Shown one piece after another: positions 16,262 through 24,016 of a stretch of 32,000 nucleotides of DNA. The stretch comes from Erysipelotrichaceae bacterium (GTDB taxonomy: Bacteria > Bacillota_I > Bacilli_A > Erysipelotrichales > Coprobacillaceae). Location: NCBI GenBank assembly GCA_028698185.1, contig JAQVDW010000001.1, forward strand, positions 30,001 through 62,000. Reading direction: 5' to 3'. Both the position numbers and the translations under genes were made by a program. Numbering within the stretch: position 1 is the first letter of the stretch; each line of letters begins with the position of its first letter. The notes under the pieces were generated by a model. It made no database searches, was not told the origin of the DNA, and was given only the letters and a program-made list of their open reading frames with translations.

Positions 16262-18575
16262 CGATGTTGAGTTATTGGCTCCAGCTGGAAGTTTCGAGGC
16301 CTTGGTCGCGGCTATCCAGAATGGAGCTGATGCTGTTTATATTGGTGGTTCCCGGTTTTCAGCCCGGTCTTTTGCGGCAAATTTCGATGACCAGGGGATT
16401 GTTGAGGCGATCGAATATGCCCATCTCCATTTCGCAAAGCTTTATGTCGCCATCAACACAGTATATTATGATGACGAGATTGACGAACTGCTCCGTTATG
16501 TTGAATTTTTATATGAAGCAAATTGCGATGCAGTCATAATCCAGGATATCGGTCTATTCTCGATCATAAAAAATAAAGTGCCAGGTATGGAAATCCATAT
16601 TTCGACACAGATGTCGTTAAACAACCTGGAGTCAGTCAGATTCTTCGAACAGCACGATGCGGATCGGGTTGTTTTAGCGAGGGAAAATTCTATCGCCGAG
16701 ATAGCCTACATCGCCCAAAACACCAATGTTGATCTGGAAGTTTTTGTCCATGGTGCAATCTGTGTGAGTTATTCGGGGCAATGTCTGATGTCGTCGAATA
16801 TTGCCAAGCGCTCGGGAAACCGGGGAAGCTGCGGGCAGCCATGCCGTTTGGAATATGAGCTGTTAAAAGACAACCGGATGATTTCAAGGAACAGTTATCT
16901 GCTTTCTCCCAAGGATCTTTGCACGATTGAAAACATCGGCGAGCTAATCGACGCCAATGTCAGGTCGTTCAAAATCGAAGGACGGATGAAAAGACCTGAA
17001 TATGTTGCGGTAATCGTCAAGGCTTATCGCAAGGCCATTGACAACCATCTCAAGAAGAAAACTGAGGATCTTTCACTGGAAATCGAGGCCATGAAAAAAA
17101 TGTTCAACCGCGGTTTTTCCAAGGGATACCTTTTCAATGATCCCGACAAGATGGCTCTGGATTTTCCCGGGCATCAGGGTGTTGAAATCGGTAAAGTTGT
17201 CGGATACGACAACCGTTTTAAAAGGGTGGCGATCGCTCTTAACGATATCTTGAACCAGAATGACCGGATCCTGTTCAAGGATGACTCTTTGAAGCGGACG
17301 GTTACCAAGCTGTATCTTAACGGATTACTGGTGAACCAGGCCGGTGCCGGCGACATTGTCGAGATTGAGATGGACAGCCGTATTCAACCAAACACCACTG
17401 TGAATAGGATTTACGATGTGAAGCTGATCGACGAAGCCAACAAGTCGTACAAGAAAGAAGCCGTGAAGAAAGGACTCAGGTTCAAGTTCCATGCATTTGT
17501 GGGCAAGTGCCCCGTACTCGAATATGACTTCAAAGGCATTAAAGGCAAGATAGTTGGCGCCGATCCCGTTGAAAATGCGATCAAACGGTCAATCAGCGAA
17601 GAGGATGTCATAAAACAACTTTCAAAGCTCAATGACACTACATTCTATCCCGAGGACATCTCGGTTGAGATGGATTGGAGTTGCTATTTCCCACTTAAGG
17701 TTTTGAACCAGTTGCGCCGGGAAGCAGTAGAGAACATCAAAGAAACCCTGCTGGAAAAAAGGGCCCCGGTCAAGATAGACATGCCGCCTTTGGCTCAAAG
17801 GAATCACCAGATCAGGGATGTGGTAGTCAAAGTCGCGGATTTCGCCCAGTTGAGGGCCGCACTCAAATTTACCAGAAACATCTGCTATCCGGTTGACAAA
17901 ACCACTATCAAGGCATTCGATTACCTCGCCGGCAAGGAAGTCAATCTGAGTTTGGCAACCACGTATCGTTATGAACTTGAGACAGTGGACCTGATCAAAG
18001 GGCACCCATATTACCAAAATGTGGAAAATGTCTTTGTCGGTGATTATCGGGGGCTGTCGCTCTTTGCCGACAAAAAAACTGTCGTCGATGCTAACTTCAA
18101 TTTGGTCAACAGCCATAGCGCAAGTTTTTTTGAGGGTCACCCGGTCAATCTTTCAAGCGAAATGTCGCTAAGACAGATAAACAATATCAAGACAGTAAAT
18201 GACCTTTATTTTCAGGTGTACGGCCGGGCGGTCAATATGGTCACCAGACACTGCGTCATTTCGCAACACCATTTCGGCCGCAAGGTTGAAGGGTGCAACA
18301 AATGCGCGGAAGGAAATTACGCCTTGAAGGATCGTCTTAACGAAGTCTTCCCGATAAGAACCAACGATCTTTGCGACAATATCATCTATCACAACAAACC
18401 GACTATGATCAACGACATCAAGAATCTAAATGTCGACCAAATATTGTTGAGCTTTACCGATGAAAATGAATCTGAAATAGAGCAAATAGTAACCTACTAT
18501 CTAAATCTTCTAAATAACGGCACAAAAACTGATTTTGATTTTAGAAAATACGTAAAATTGTACTATAATGATTGA
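16254..18575 (+). CDS. Peptidase U32 family protein, long form (773 aa)
   Basis: The start ELLAPAGSFEALVAAIQNGADAVYIGG is typical of U32. The PROSITE-like U32 signature is EVFVHGAICVSYSGQCLMS, followed by CGQPC (the Cys cluster of U32 Fe-S proteins). The C-terminal approx 350 aa are additional. The GTG 16254 start is uncertain. Confidence 0.8.
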   Translation: MVNDVELLAPAGSFEALVAAIQNGADAVYIGGSRFSARSFAANFDDQGIVEAIEYAHLHFAKLYVAINTVYYDDEIDELLRYVEFLYEANCDAVIIQDIGLFSIIKNKVPGMEIHISTQMSLNNLESVRFFEQHDADRVVLARENSIAEIAYIAQNTNVDLEVFVHGAICVSYSGQCLMSSNIAKRSGNRGSCGQPCRLEYELLKDNRMISRNSYLLSPKDLCTIENIGELIDANVRSFKIEGRMKRPEYVAVIVKAYRKAIDNHLKKKTEDLSLEIEAMKKMFNRGFSKGYLFNDPDKMALDFPGHQGVEIGKVVGYDNRFKRVAIALNDILNQNDRILFKDDSLKRTVTKLYLNGLLVNQAGAGDIVEIEMDSRIQPNTTVNRIYDVKLIDEANKSYKKEAVKKGLRFKFHAFVGKCPVLEYDFKGIKGKIVGADPVENAIKRSISEEDVIKQLSKLNDTTFYPEDISVEMDWSCYFPLKVLNQLRREAVENIKETLLEKRAPVKIDMPPLAQRNHQIRDVVVKVADFAQLRAALKFTRNICYPVDKTTIKAFDYLAGKEVNLSLATTYRYELETVDLIKGHPYYQNVENVFVGDYRGLSLFADKKTVVDANFNLVNSHSASFFEGHPVNLSSEMSLRQINNIKTVNDLYFQVYGRAVNMVTRHCVISQHHFGRKVEGCNKCAEGNYALKDRLNEVFPIRTNDLCDNIIYHNKPTMINDIKNLNVDQILLSFTDENESEIEQIVTYYLNLLNNGTKTDFDFRKYVKLYYND

Positions 18576-18584
18576 TGATTTTTC

Positions 18585-18613
18585 TTGCAAGCGTTATCTA
18601 TATTTGCTAAAAT
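18585..18613 (+). promoter_or_regulatory. Candidate promoter of the XRE regulator gene, TTGCAA-17 nt-TAAAAT
   Basis: TTGCAA lies at 18585-18590 and TAAAAT at 18608-18613, with a 17-nt spacer. TAGGAGG follows at 18620-18626. Confidence 0.5.
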
Positions 18614-18632
18614 TGTGTTAGGAGGAATCGAA

Positions 18633-18986
18633 ATGGCAATTGATATGGAGTTAGCTAAACGTCTTAAGTCATATCGTAATTTTAAACACTTTACGCAAAA
18701 AGATGTTGCTAAACATTTAAACGTTCCCCACTCGGCAATTTCTGATATCGAAAACGGTAAACGTGACATCACTGTCGGCGAACTGAAGGTTTTTTCTAAT
18801 CTTTACGGCCGTTCAGTAGAGGAAATAATGAGTGGCAAAAAATATGACTATTATAATATTGCTAATATTGCTCGTTTGTTAACAGAACTGCCTGATGATG
18901 ATTTGAAGGAAGTTATGTTTTTGATCGAATACAAGCGCAAACGCAACGAAGAGCGCATTAGCGAACAAGGTCAACAAAAAAAGTAG
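18633..18986 (+). CDS. XRE-family helix-turn-helix transcriptional regulator
   Basis: FTQKDVAKHLNVPHSAISDIENGKRDITVGELKVFSNLYG is a canonical Cro/C1-type HTH. ATG 18633 lies 6 nt after GGAGGA. Confidence 0.8.
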   Translation: MAIDMELAKRLKSYRNFKHFTQKDVAKHLNVPHSAISDIENGKRDITVGELKVFSNLYGRSVEEIMSGKKYDYYNIANIARLLTELPDDDLKEVMFLIEYKRKRNEERISEQGQQKK

Positions 18987-19002
18987 TGATTTGAACCAAA
19001 AA

Positions 19003-19050
19003 AGCAGACGCGTCAAGGTCGGATGGACCTTTTCGCAATCTGCTTTTTTT
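19003..19050 (+). terminator. Rho-independent terminator (imperfect long hairpin plus T7)
   Basis: The outer stem is agcaga/tctgct (19003-08 with 19039-44). The inner stem is aggtc/gacct (19016-20 with 19026-30). A ttttttt run follows. Confidence 0.7.
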
Positions 19051-19139
19051 GATGGTGTTTAGTGTTTTATTGACAGATGAATGTCAAAAAACTCAAAATG
19101 GGTTGTCAGCCCATGATTCACATTTTCATTAACCCCATC

Positions 19140-19526
19140 CTATTTGATTTCTGCAAAAATTTCATGGATATTCCCGTCCGGGTCGGCAAATAGAGCTGTT
19201 CTTTGATTCCAAGGCATGTCTTGGGGTTCATGAACAGGGGTTGCGCCTCGGGAAATTAAGAGCTTAAAAGAATCATTGACATCTCCAGGGCTTTCGCATG
19301 GAAAGGCGAGTTCGAACGATTGCCCTGATGAAACTTTTTTGTATTCGCTGCTATATCCGTACATGACATCCCTCATACAGATGGCGAATCTTGCTCCGGC
19401 GTTTGCAAATTCGACATAACCACCAAGGTCGGTTTCGATGGTGAACCCGAGGACTTGACTATAAAACTCTTTCATTTTTTCAATATCATTTGTCCAGATT
19501 GTAATAAGATTGATTTGTGCTTTCAT
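19140..19526 (-). CDS. VOC (glyoxalase/bleomycin-resistance/dioxygenase) family protein
   Basis: A small beta-alpha-beta-beta-beta module sequence (ITIWTNDIEKMKEFYSQVLGFTIE...DPDGNIHEIF) is typical of VOC proteins. The second ATG (19526) is better spaced from AAGGGAAG than ATG 19532. Confidence 0.75.
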   Translation of the reverse strand: MKAQINLITIWTNDIEKMKEFYSQVLGFTIETDLGGYVEFANAGARFAICMRDVMYGYSSEYKKVSSGQSFELAFPCESPGDVNDSFKLLISRGATPVHEPQDMPWNQRTALFADPDGNIHEIFAEIK

Positions 19527-19637
19527 TATCATGTCTTCCCTTTTTTATATAATTTCCTACGCTCAAATTGATATGGAGAATAGTTGCCTTTTATTTTTGC
19601 AGCTGTTTGAAATCTTGATGTTAAATGATTCGTCAGA

Positions 19638-20192
19638 TCAATCACGCCATAACAAGCTTTTAATTTCCTTGAGTGTTTTCAAACCTTCTTTTAAAACCAG
19701 ACTGGTGACATCCTTGTCGGTCTGGTAGTGGTAAAAACGGGCATCGATTCTGCCACCCCAATCCACCAGGGCGTAAGTTCCAAATCCGTAACTGGCCCTG
19801 TTGATCATCAAGCTGCCGGGATTGATGAAGATAAAACCGTCTTCTTCGATATAGCTCGGGATGTGGGTGTGGCCATGAAAACAGATTTGGATGTTGTTTT
19901 CCTGCATGTATTCCTTTAGGCTCGCGTAACTGTAATAGACATCCCATAGGTGGCCATGGGTCACCAATATTTTGCCATAGGCTGTTGCAATGATCAGGTT
20001 GGCAGGAAAGTCGGCAAAATCATGATTTCCCTTTACACTGTAGAATTTTTGCATCAGAGGATCATCGATGTCCAGATTGCTGTCCCCGCAAAATATGTAG
20101 TAATCGCATTGAGGGTATCGTGCGAGCAATCTGTTTAGTATTTCATTGTCTCCATGGCTGTCTCCGCAAACGAGTATTTTTAGCTTATTCAT
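19638..20192 (-). CDS. YfcE/MJ0936-type metallophosphoesterase
   Basis: The calcineurin-like motifs are in order: VCGDSHGD, CGDS, GNHD, HGH, GHTH. ATG 20192 lies 6 nt after GAGGAG. Confidence 0.85.
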   Translation of the reverse strand: MNKLKILVCGDSHGDNEILNRLLARYPQCDYYIFCGDSNLDIDDPLMQKFYSVKGNHDFADFPANLIIATAYGKILVTHGHLWDVYYSYASLKEYMQENNIQICFHGHTHIPSYIEEDGFIFINPGSLMINRASYGFGTYALVDWGGRIDARFYHYQTDKDVTSLVLKEGLKTLKEIKSLLWRD

Positions 20193-20282
20193 ATCCGTCT
20201 CCTCATGTCCATTATAAGACAAAACAATCATATGATAAAGAGTATCGATACGAGTTTCGCTTTCTAGTCTAGAAAAACAAAA

Positions 20283-20309
20283 TTGATATTATCAAGGGCG
20301 TGTTATAAT
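20283..20309 (+). promoter_or_regulatory. Candidate promoter of the Cof gene (TTGATA, extended -10 TGtTATAAT)
   Basis: TTGATA lies at 20283-20288 and TGTTATAAT at 20301-20309. The spacer is only 15 nt, so this relies on the extended -10. Confidence 0.35.
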
Positions 20310-20330
20310 GGGGAAAAAGGAGGTACTAGT

Positions 20331-21158
20331 ATGTATAAAATAATCGCGTGCGATCTTGATGAAACGCTCCTGTCAACCGACCGTTCGGTTTCACAAGGTA
20401 ATATCGAGGCCATCAAGAAAGCCCGGGAATTGGGAGTCAAGTTTGTTCTGGCGACCGGAAGGGGTTTTAAGACGGTGCAGGGAACCTTGAAAGAACTAGG
20501 GTTGGATAACGTCAAGGATGAGTATGTCATATCATTCAATGGCGGAGCGATCACTGAAAACTACAATAACCGTCTGCTCAGTTTCAATGGCATCACATTT
20601 GAATTTGCCAGGGAGCTTTTCAACCACGGTCTCGATTACGATGTCTGCATCCATGTGTATTCCAAAGATGTTGTGTACGGATACAACATGTGTGATGATG
20701 AAATCGCATACCTGAAAGGCCGGATGGATTTTGTGGAAATAAAAGAGGACAATATTGATTTCTTGAAGGACGAGGAAATTGCCAAAGTCCTTTACATGAA
20801 TAAGGATATTAATTATCTCAACAAAATAGAAGAGGAACTGGCGGACATTACCCATGAGGCTGATGTGAGCTATTCTAGCAATCGTTATATTGAATTCAAC
20901 CGTAAGGGAGTCAACAAAGGGGCCGGGCTGCGGACGCTCGCAAAACTCCTTGGAGTTGCGATTGAAGACACCATGGCGATTGGTGATAACCTGAACGACC
21001 TGGCAATGATCAAAGATGCCGGATTGGGAGTAGGGGTTGCCAACGTGGTCACCAAGATGAAAGACGATTGCGAGTACATCACCGAAGCTGACCACAACCA
21101 CGATGCAATCAAGGAAGTGATTGAAAAATTCATCCTCAATGTAGAAGATGAAGCATAA
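20331..21158 (+). CDS. Cof-type HAD-IIB phosphatase
   Basis: Motifs seen are DLDETLL (DxD), LATGR and GDNLNDLAM. The size and cap region are typical of Cof/YidA sugar-phosphate phosphatases. AAAGGAGG lies 7 nt before ATG 20331. Confidence 0.9.
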   Translation: MYKIIACDLDETLLSTDRSVSQGNIEAIKKARELGVKFVLATGRGFKTVQGTLKELGLDNVKDEYVISFNGGAITENYNNRLLSFNGITFEFARELFNHGLDYDVCIHVYSKDVVYGYNMCDDEIAYLKGRMDFVEIKEDNIDFLKDEEIAKVLYMNKDINYLNKIEEELADITHEADVSYSSNRYIEFNRKGVNKGAGLRTLAKLLGVAIEDTMAIGDNLNDLAMIKDAGLGVGVANVVTKMKDDCEYITEADHNHDAIKEVIEKFILNVEDEA

Positions 21159-21377
21159 TACAGGGTATTTCCAGCCTGGAAAATTTCAGAAGTTGAAAAT
21201 GTTTTTTGCGAAAGCGGCCAATAGGCAGCCGCTCAATCGACAGATAGGCCCAAAACGTCTTCAAAAACGGCGATTCTATCATAGTTATTTGATGATGGTT
21301 TAAAAATAAAATTTCATCTACATAAAAATGTTTTTTCACCAGAGAAAAGTACCGGTTATTTTTTTACCTGGAAAGTG

Positions 21378-21406
21378 TTTACATTTTTTCTTGAAACCGG
21401 TATAAT
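21378..21406 (+). promoter_or_regulatory. Promoter of EIIB copy 1, TTTACA-17 nt-TATAAT
   Basis: TTTACA lies at 21378-21383 and TATAAT at 21401-21406, followed by AAAGGAG and ATG 21439. Confidence 0.6.
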
Positions 21407-21438
21407 ATTTTTATAAACAAAAAAGGAGTGTATTACAA

Positions 21439-21753
21439 ATGAAAAGTATCTTATTAGTATGTGCGGCTGGTATGTCAACTAGCTTGCTTGTAACAAAAAT
21501 GGAAGCTGCAGCGAAAGACGCTGGTATTGAAATTAAAATCTTCGCTTTACCTATCTCAGAAGCACCAAACGTTATCAACGACGTTGACTGTGTTTTATTA
21601 GGCCCACAAGTTAGATTCCAAAAAGCTCAAATTGAAAAATTAGTAGCTGGACGTAGCGGTGGAGCGATCCCTATCGAAGTAATCGATATGCGTGATTACG
21701 GAACAATGAACGGTAAATCAGTATTCGAAAACGCAATGAAATTAATGGGTTAA
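21439..21753 (+). CDS. PTS EIIB component, lactose/cellobiose (type 3) family, copy 1
   Basis: The phospho-Cys loop is LLVCAAGMSTS. LLGPQVRF and VIDMRDYGTMNG are typical of CelA/LicB-type EIIB. Length is 104 aa. Confidence 0.9.
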   Translation: MKSILLVCAAGMSTSLLVTKMEAAAKDAGIEIKIFALPISEAPNVINDVDCVLLGPQVRFQKAQIEKLVAGRSGGAIPIEVIDMRDYGTMNGKSVFENAMKLMG

Positions 21754-21760
21754 TTCCAAT

Positions 21761-21788
21761 AAACAAGCTTCGGCTTGTTTTTTATTTT
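21761..21788 (+). terminator. Rho-independent terminator of EIIB copy 1
   Basis: The stem is aaacaagc/gcttgttt with loop ttcg, followed by tttatttt. Confidence 0.8.
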
Positions 21789-21794
21789 CCAGTG

Positions 21795-21823
21795 TTTACA
21801 ATTCAACAATCTAGGAGTATAAT
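21795..21823 (+). promoter_or_regulatory. Promoter of EIIB copy 2, TTTACA-17 nt-TATAAT
   Basis: TTTACA lies at 21795-21800 and TATAAT at 21818-21823. The agtgtttaca context and the tataaacaaaaaggagtgta leader are the same as in copy 1. Confidence 0.6.
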
Positions 21824-21853
21824 GAGTATATAAACAAAAAGGAGTGTACGACA

Positions 21854-22168
21854 ATGAAAAGTATCTTATTAGTATGTTCAGCAGGGATGTCAACAAGCTT
21901 GCTTGTAACGAAAATGGAAGCTGCAGCAAAAGACGCCGGTGTAGAAGTTAAAATTTTCGCATTGCCTTTCTCTGATGCGCCTCGCGTAATCGAGGAAGTT
22001 GATGTTATCTTATTAGGTCCACAAGTAAGATTCCAAAAAGCCGCTATTGAAAAATTGGTAGCTGGACGCAGTGGTGGAAAAATCCCTGTTGAAGTAATCG
22101 ACATGCGTGATTATGGAACAATGAACGGGAAATCAGTATTCGAAACTGCAATGAAATTGATGGGTTAA
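21854..22168 (+). CDS. PTS EIIB component, lactose/cellobiose (type 3) family, copy 2
   Basis: The loop is LLVCSAGMSTS. It is the same length as copy 1, with 14 differences in 104 aa by my hand alignment. Confidence 0.9.
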   Translation: MKSILLVCSAGMSTSLLVTKMEAAAKDAGVEVKIFALPFSDAPRVIEEVDVILLGPQVRFQKAAIEKLVAGRSGGKIPVEVIDMRDYGTMNGKSVFETAMKLMG

Positions 22169-22181
22169 ACATTCAAATTAA

Positions 22182-22213
22182 ATATGGGCATTTGCCCATA
22201 TTTTTTTGTTTTT
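22182..22213 (+). terminator. Rho-independent terminator of EIIB copy 2
   Basis: The stem is atatggg/cccatat (22182-88 with 22195-22201), followed by ttttttgttttt. Confidence 0.8.
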
Positions 22214-22327
22214 AGTGATAATATGACGATATTTGGGCGTAATTTTGGAAACATCCCTAAATATCCCAATGTTCTTTCTTAAAATCAATAATTGAATACA
22301 ATTTTTTATTTCTTTTTTTAACTTCTA

Positions 22328-22336
22328 TGTTATAAT
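22328..22336 (+). promoter_or_regulatory. Extended -10 element TGtTATAAT ahead of the ACT-DUF711 operon
   Basis: TGTTATAAT lies at 22328-22336, 25 nt before ATG 22361. No clear -35 is visible. Confidence 0.4.
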
Positions 22337-22360
22337 GTTAAAAAAATGGAGGTATGTATT

Positions 22361-22633
22361 ATGGAAAAAGGCGTTATTACTGTTGTTGGACAAGATCAAA
22401 TCGGAATTATTGGAAAAGTTTGCAGCTTTTTGGCTGACCATCAAATAAATATATTGGATATTTCTCAGACTATTATCGATGAATATTTTAATATGATGAT
22501 GATTGTAGACATTACTTCAAAAGGTGATGAACTTGGCGATATCGCTAAAGAAATCGCCAAATTGGGTCAAGAAATTGGAGTTGATATCAAACTTCAACAT
22601 GAAAATATTTTTAGAAAAATGCACCGGTTGTAG
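22361..22633 (+). CDS. ACT-domain protein, UPF0237 family
   Basis: [33 protein letters not shown] is the typical ACT beta-alpha-beta start. At approx 90 aa it is always paired with UPF0210 genes. GGAGG lies 8 nt before ATG 22361. Confidence 0.85.
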   Translation: MEKGVITVVGQDQIGIIGKVCSFLADHQINILDISQTIIDEYFNMMMIVDITSKGDELGDIAKEIAKLGQEIGVDIKLQHENIFRKMHRL

Positions 22634-22641
22634 GAGGAATT

Positions 22642-24006
22642 ATGATTAATATTTTTGAAGTTGCTGAAACAAATAAAATGATCGAACAGGAAAACCTGGA
22701 TGTTCGGACAATCACGATGGGTATTAGCCTTCTTGATTGTATGGATTCTAACGTTGACGTTGTTTGCGAAAAAATATATGCTAAAATCACAAGATTGGCT
22801 GGGAATCTGGTTTCAGTTGGGGAATCGATTGAACACAAATACGGAATTCCTATTGTAAATAAAAGAATTTCTGTCACACCAATCGCCATCGTCGGTAACA
22901 GTTCATGTAAATCTACCGATGACTTCATAAAGATTGCGAAAGTATTGGATAAATGCGCAGAGGAATTAGGGGTTAACTTCATCGGTGGTTATTCAGCTAT
23001 CGTCACAAAAGGTATGACACCTAGCGATAAATTGCTTATCGACTCGATCCCAGAAGCGTTGAAAGTTACCGCGCGCGTATGTGCTTCCGTAAACCTTGGT
23101 TCAACTAGAGTTGGTATCAATATGGATGCCGTTAAAATGATGGGTGAAATCATTATCAAGGCGGCCGAATTCACGAAAGAAAACGATTCAATTGGTTGCG
23201 CCAAATTGGTTGTTTTCACCAACGCTCCAGATGACAACCCATTTATGGCAGGTGCCTTCCATGGTGTCACTGAAGGTGATGCAATCATCAATGTCGGAGT
23301 ATCAGGTCCTGGGGTAATGCGCAATGCGATTGCCACTACAAAAGGAGAAAGTTTCGACGTATTGTGCGACACAATCAAAAAGACAGCATTCAAGATCACT
23401 CGTGTAGGTCAATTGGTGGCCATGGAAGCTTCTGAAAAGTTAGGCGTGCCATTTGGCATCATCGATCTTTCATTGGCTCCTACACCGGCAATTGGTGATT
23501 CGATCGCTGACTGTCTTGAACAAATGGGATTGGAATCAGTCGGTTGCCCAGGAACTACTGCGGCATTGGCCATCCTTAATGACCATGTCAAAAAAGGTGG
23601 AGTAATGGCAGCGAGTCACGTAGGTGGTCTTTCAGGTGCTTTCATTCCTGTTTCAGAAGACCAAGGTATGATTGATGCGGTTTTAAGAGGCTCTTTGACT
23701 TTGGAAAAATTGGAGGCGATGACTTGCGTATGTTCAGTAGGTCTTGATATGATCGCAATTCCAGGCAGCACAACTCCAACTGTCATTTCAGGGATGATTG
23801 CGGATGAAATGGCAATCGGTATGATCAATCAAAAGACTACAGCTGTGAGAATCATTCCGGTAATCGGTAAAGATGTCGGTGAAACAGTAGAGTTCGGTGG
23901 TTTGTTAGGATATGCTCCGATCATGCAAGTGAATAATTTCGAACCAGCGGAATTCATCAATCGCGGGGGAAGAATCCCAGCGCCTATCCATAGTTTTAAA
24001 AACTAG
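22642..24006 (+). CDS. UPF0210/DUF711 family protein (function unknown)
   Basis: The N-terminus [25 protein letters not shown] is the hallmark of UPF0210. Length is 454 aa. TAGGAGG lies immediately upstream. Confidence 0.85.
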   Translation: MINIFEVAETNKMIEQENLDVRTITMGISLLDCMDSNVDVVCEKIYAKITRLAGNLVSVGESIEHKYGIPIVNKRISVTPIAIVGNSSCKSTDDFIKIAKVLDKCAEELGVNFIGGYSAIVTKGMTPSDKLLIDSIPEALKVTARVCASVNLGSTRVGINMDAVKMMGEIIIKAAEFTKENDSIGCAKLVVFTNAPDDNPFMAGAFHGVTEGDAIINVGVSGPGVMRNAIATTKGESFDVLCDTIKKTAFKITRVGQLVAMEASEKLGVPFGIIDLSLAPTPAIGDSIADCLEQMGLESVGCPGTTAALAILNDHVKKGGVMAASHVGGLSGAFIPVSEDQGMIDAVLRGSLTLEKLEAMTCVCSVGLDMIAIPGSTTPTVISGMIADEMAIGMINQKTTAVRIIPVIGKDVGETVEFGGLLGYAPIMQVNNFEPAEFINRGGRIPAPIHSFKN

Positions 24007-24016
24007 AGGTCTTATT

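Noticed and set aside
16455-16480. A second dif-like core (GTATATTATGATGA), which might have indicated an integrated Xer-exploiting element (IMEX).
   Set aside because: Only the central and partial right-arm bases match, there is no GCATAA-type left arm, and the sequence lies inside the U32 coding region. I found no other convincing dif copy by eye.
19060-19115. Hairpins ttgaca-gatgaa-tgtcaa and atggg-ttgtcag-cccat downstream of the VOC gene, considered as terminators or a small RNA, and a 38-codon ORF starting at 19079.
   Set aside because: The stems are only 5-6 bp. The T/A tracts are on the wrong side for the first hairpin and weak for the second. The ORF lacks an RBS and runs antisense into the VOC gene. 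At best the second hairpin is a weak minus-strand terminator.
21136-21339. A 67-aa minus-strand ORF and a 34-codon plus-strand ORF in the 280-bp gap after the Cof gene, plus an agcggc/gccgct hairpin at about 21215-21235.
   Set aside because: Neither ORF has a Shine-Dalgarno or a recognisable motif. The hairpin has no following T-tract on either strand, so it is not a convincing terminator. No RAT antiterminator or sigma-54 (-24/-12) element was seen either.
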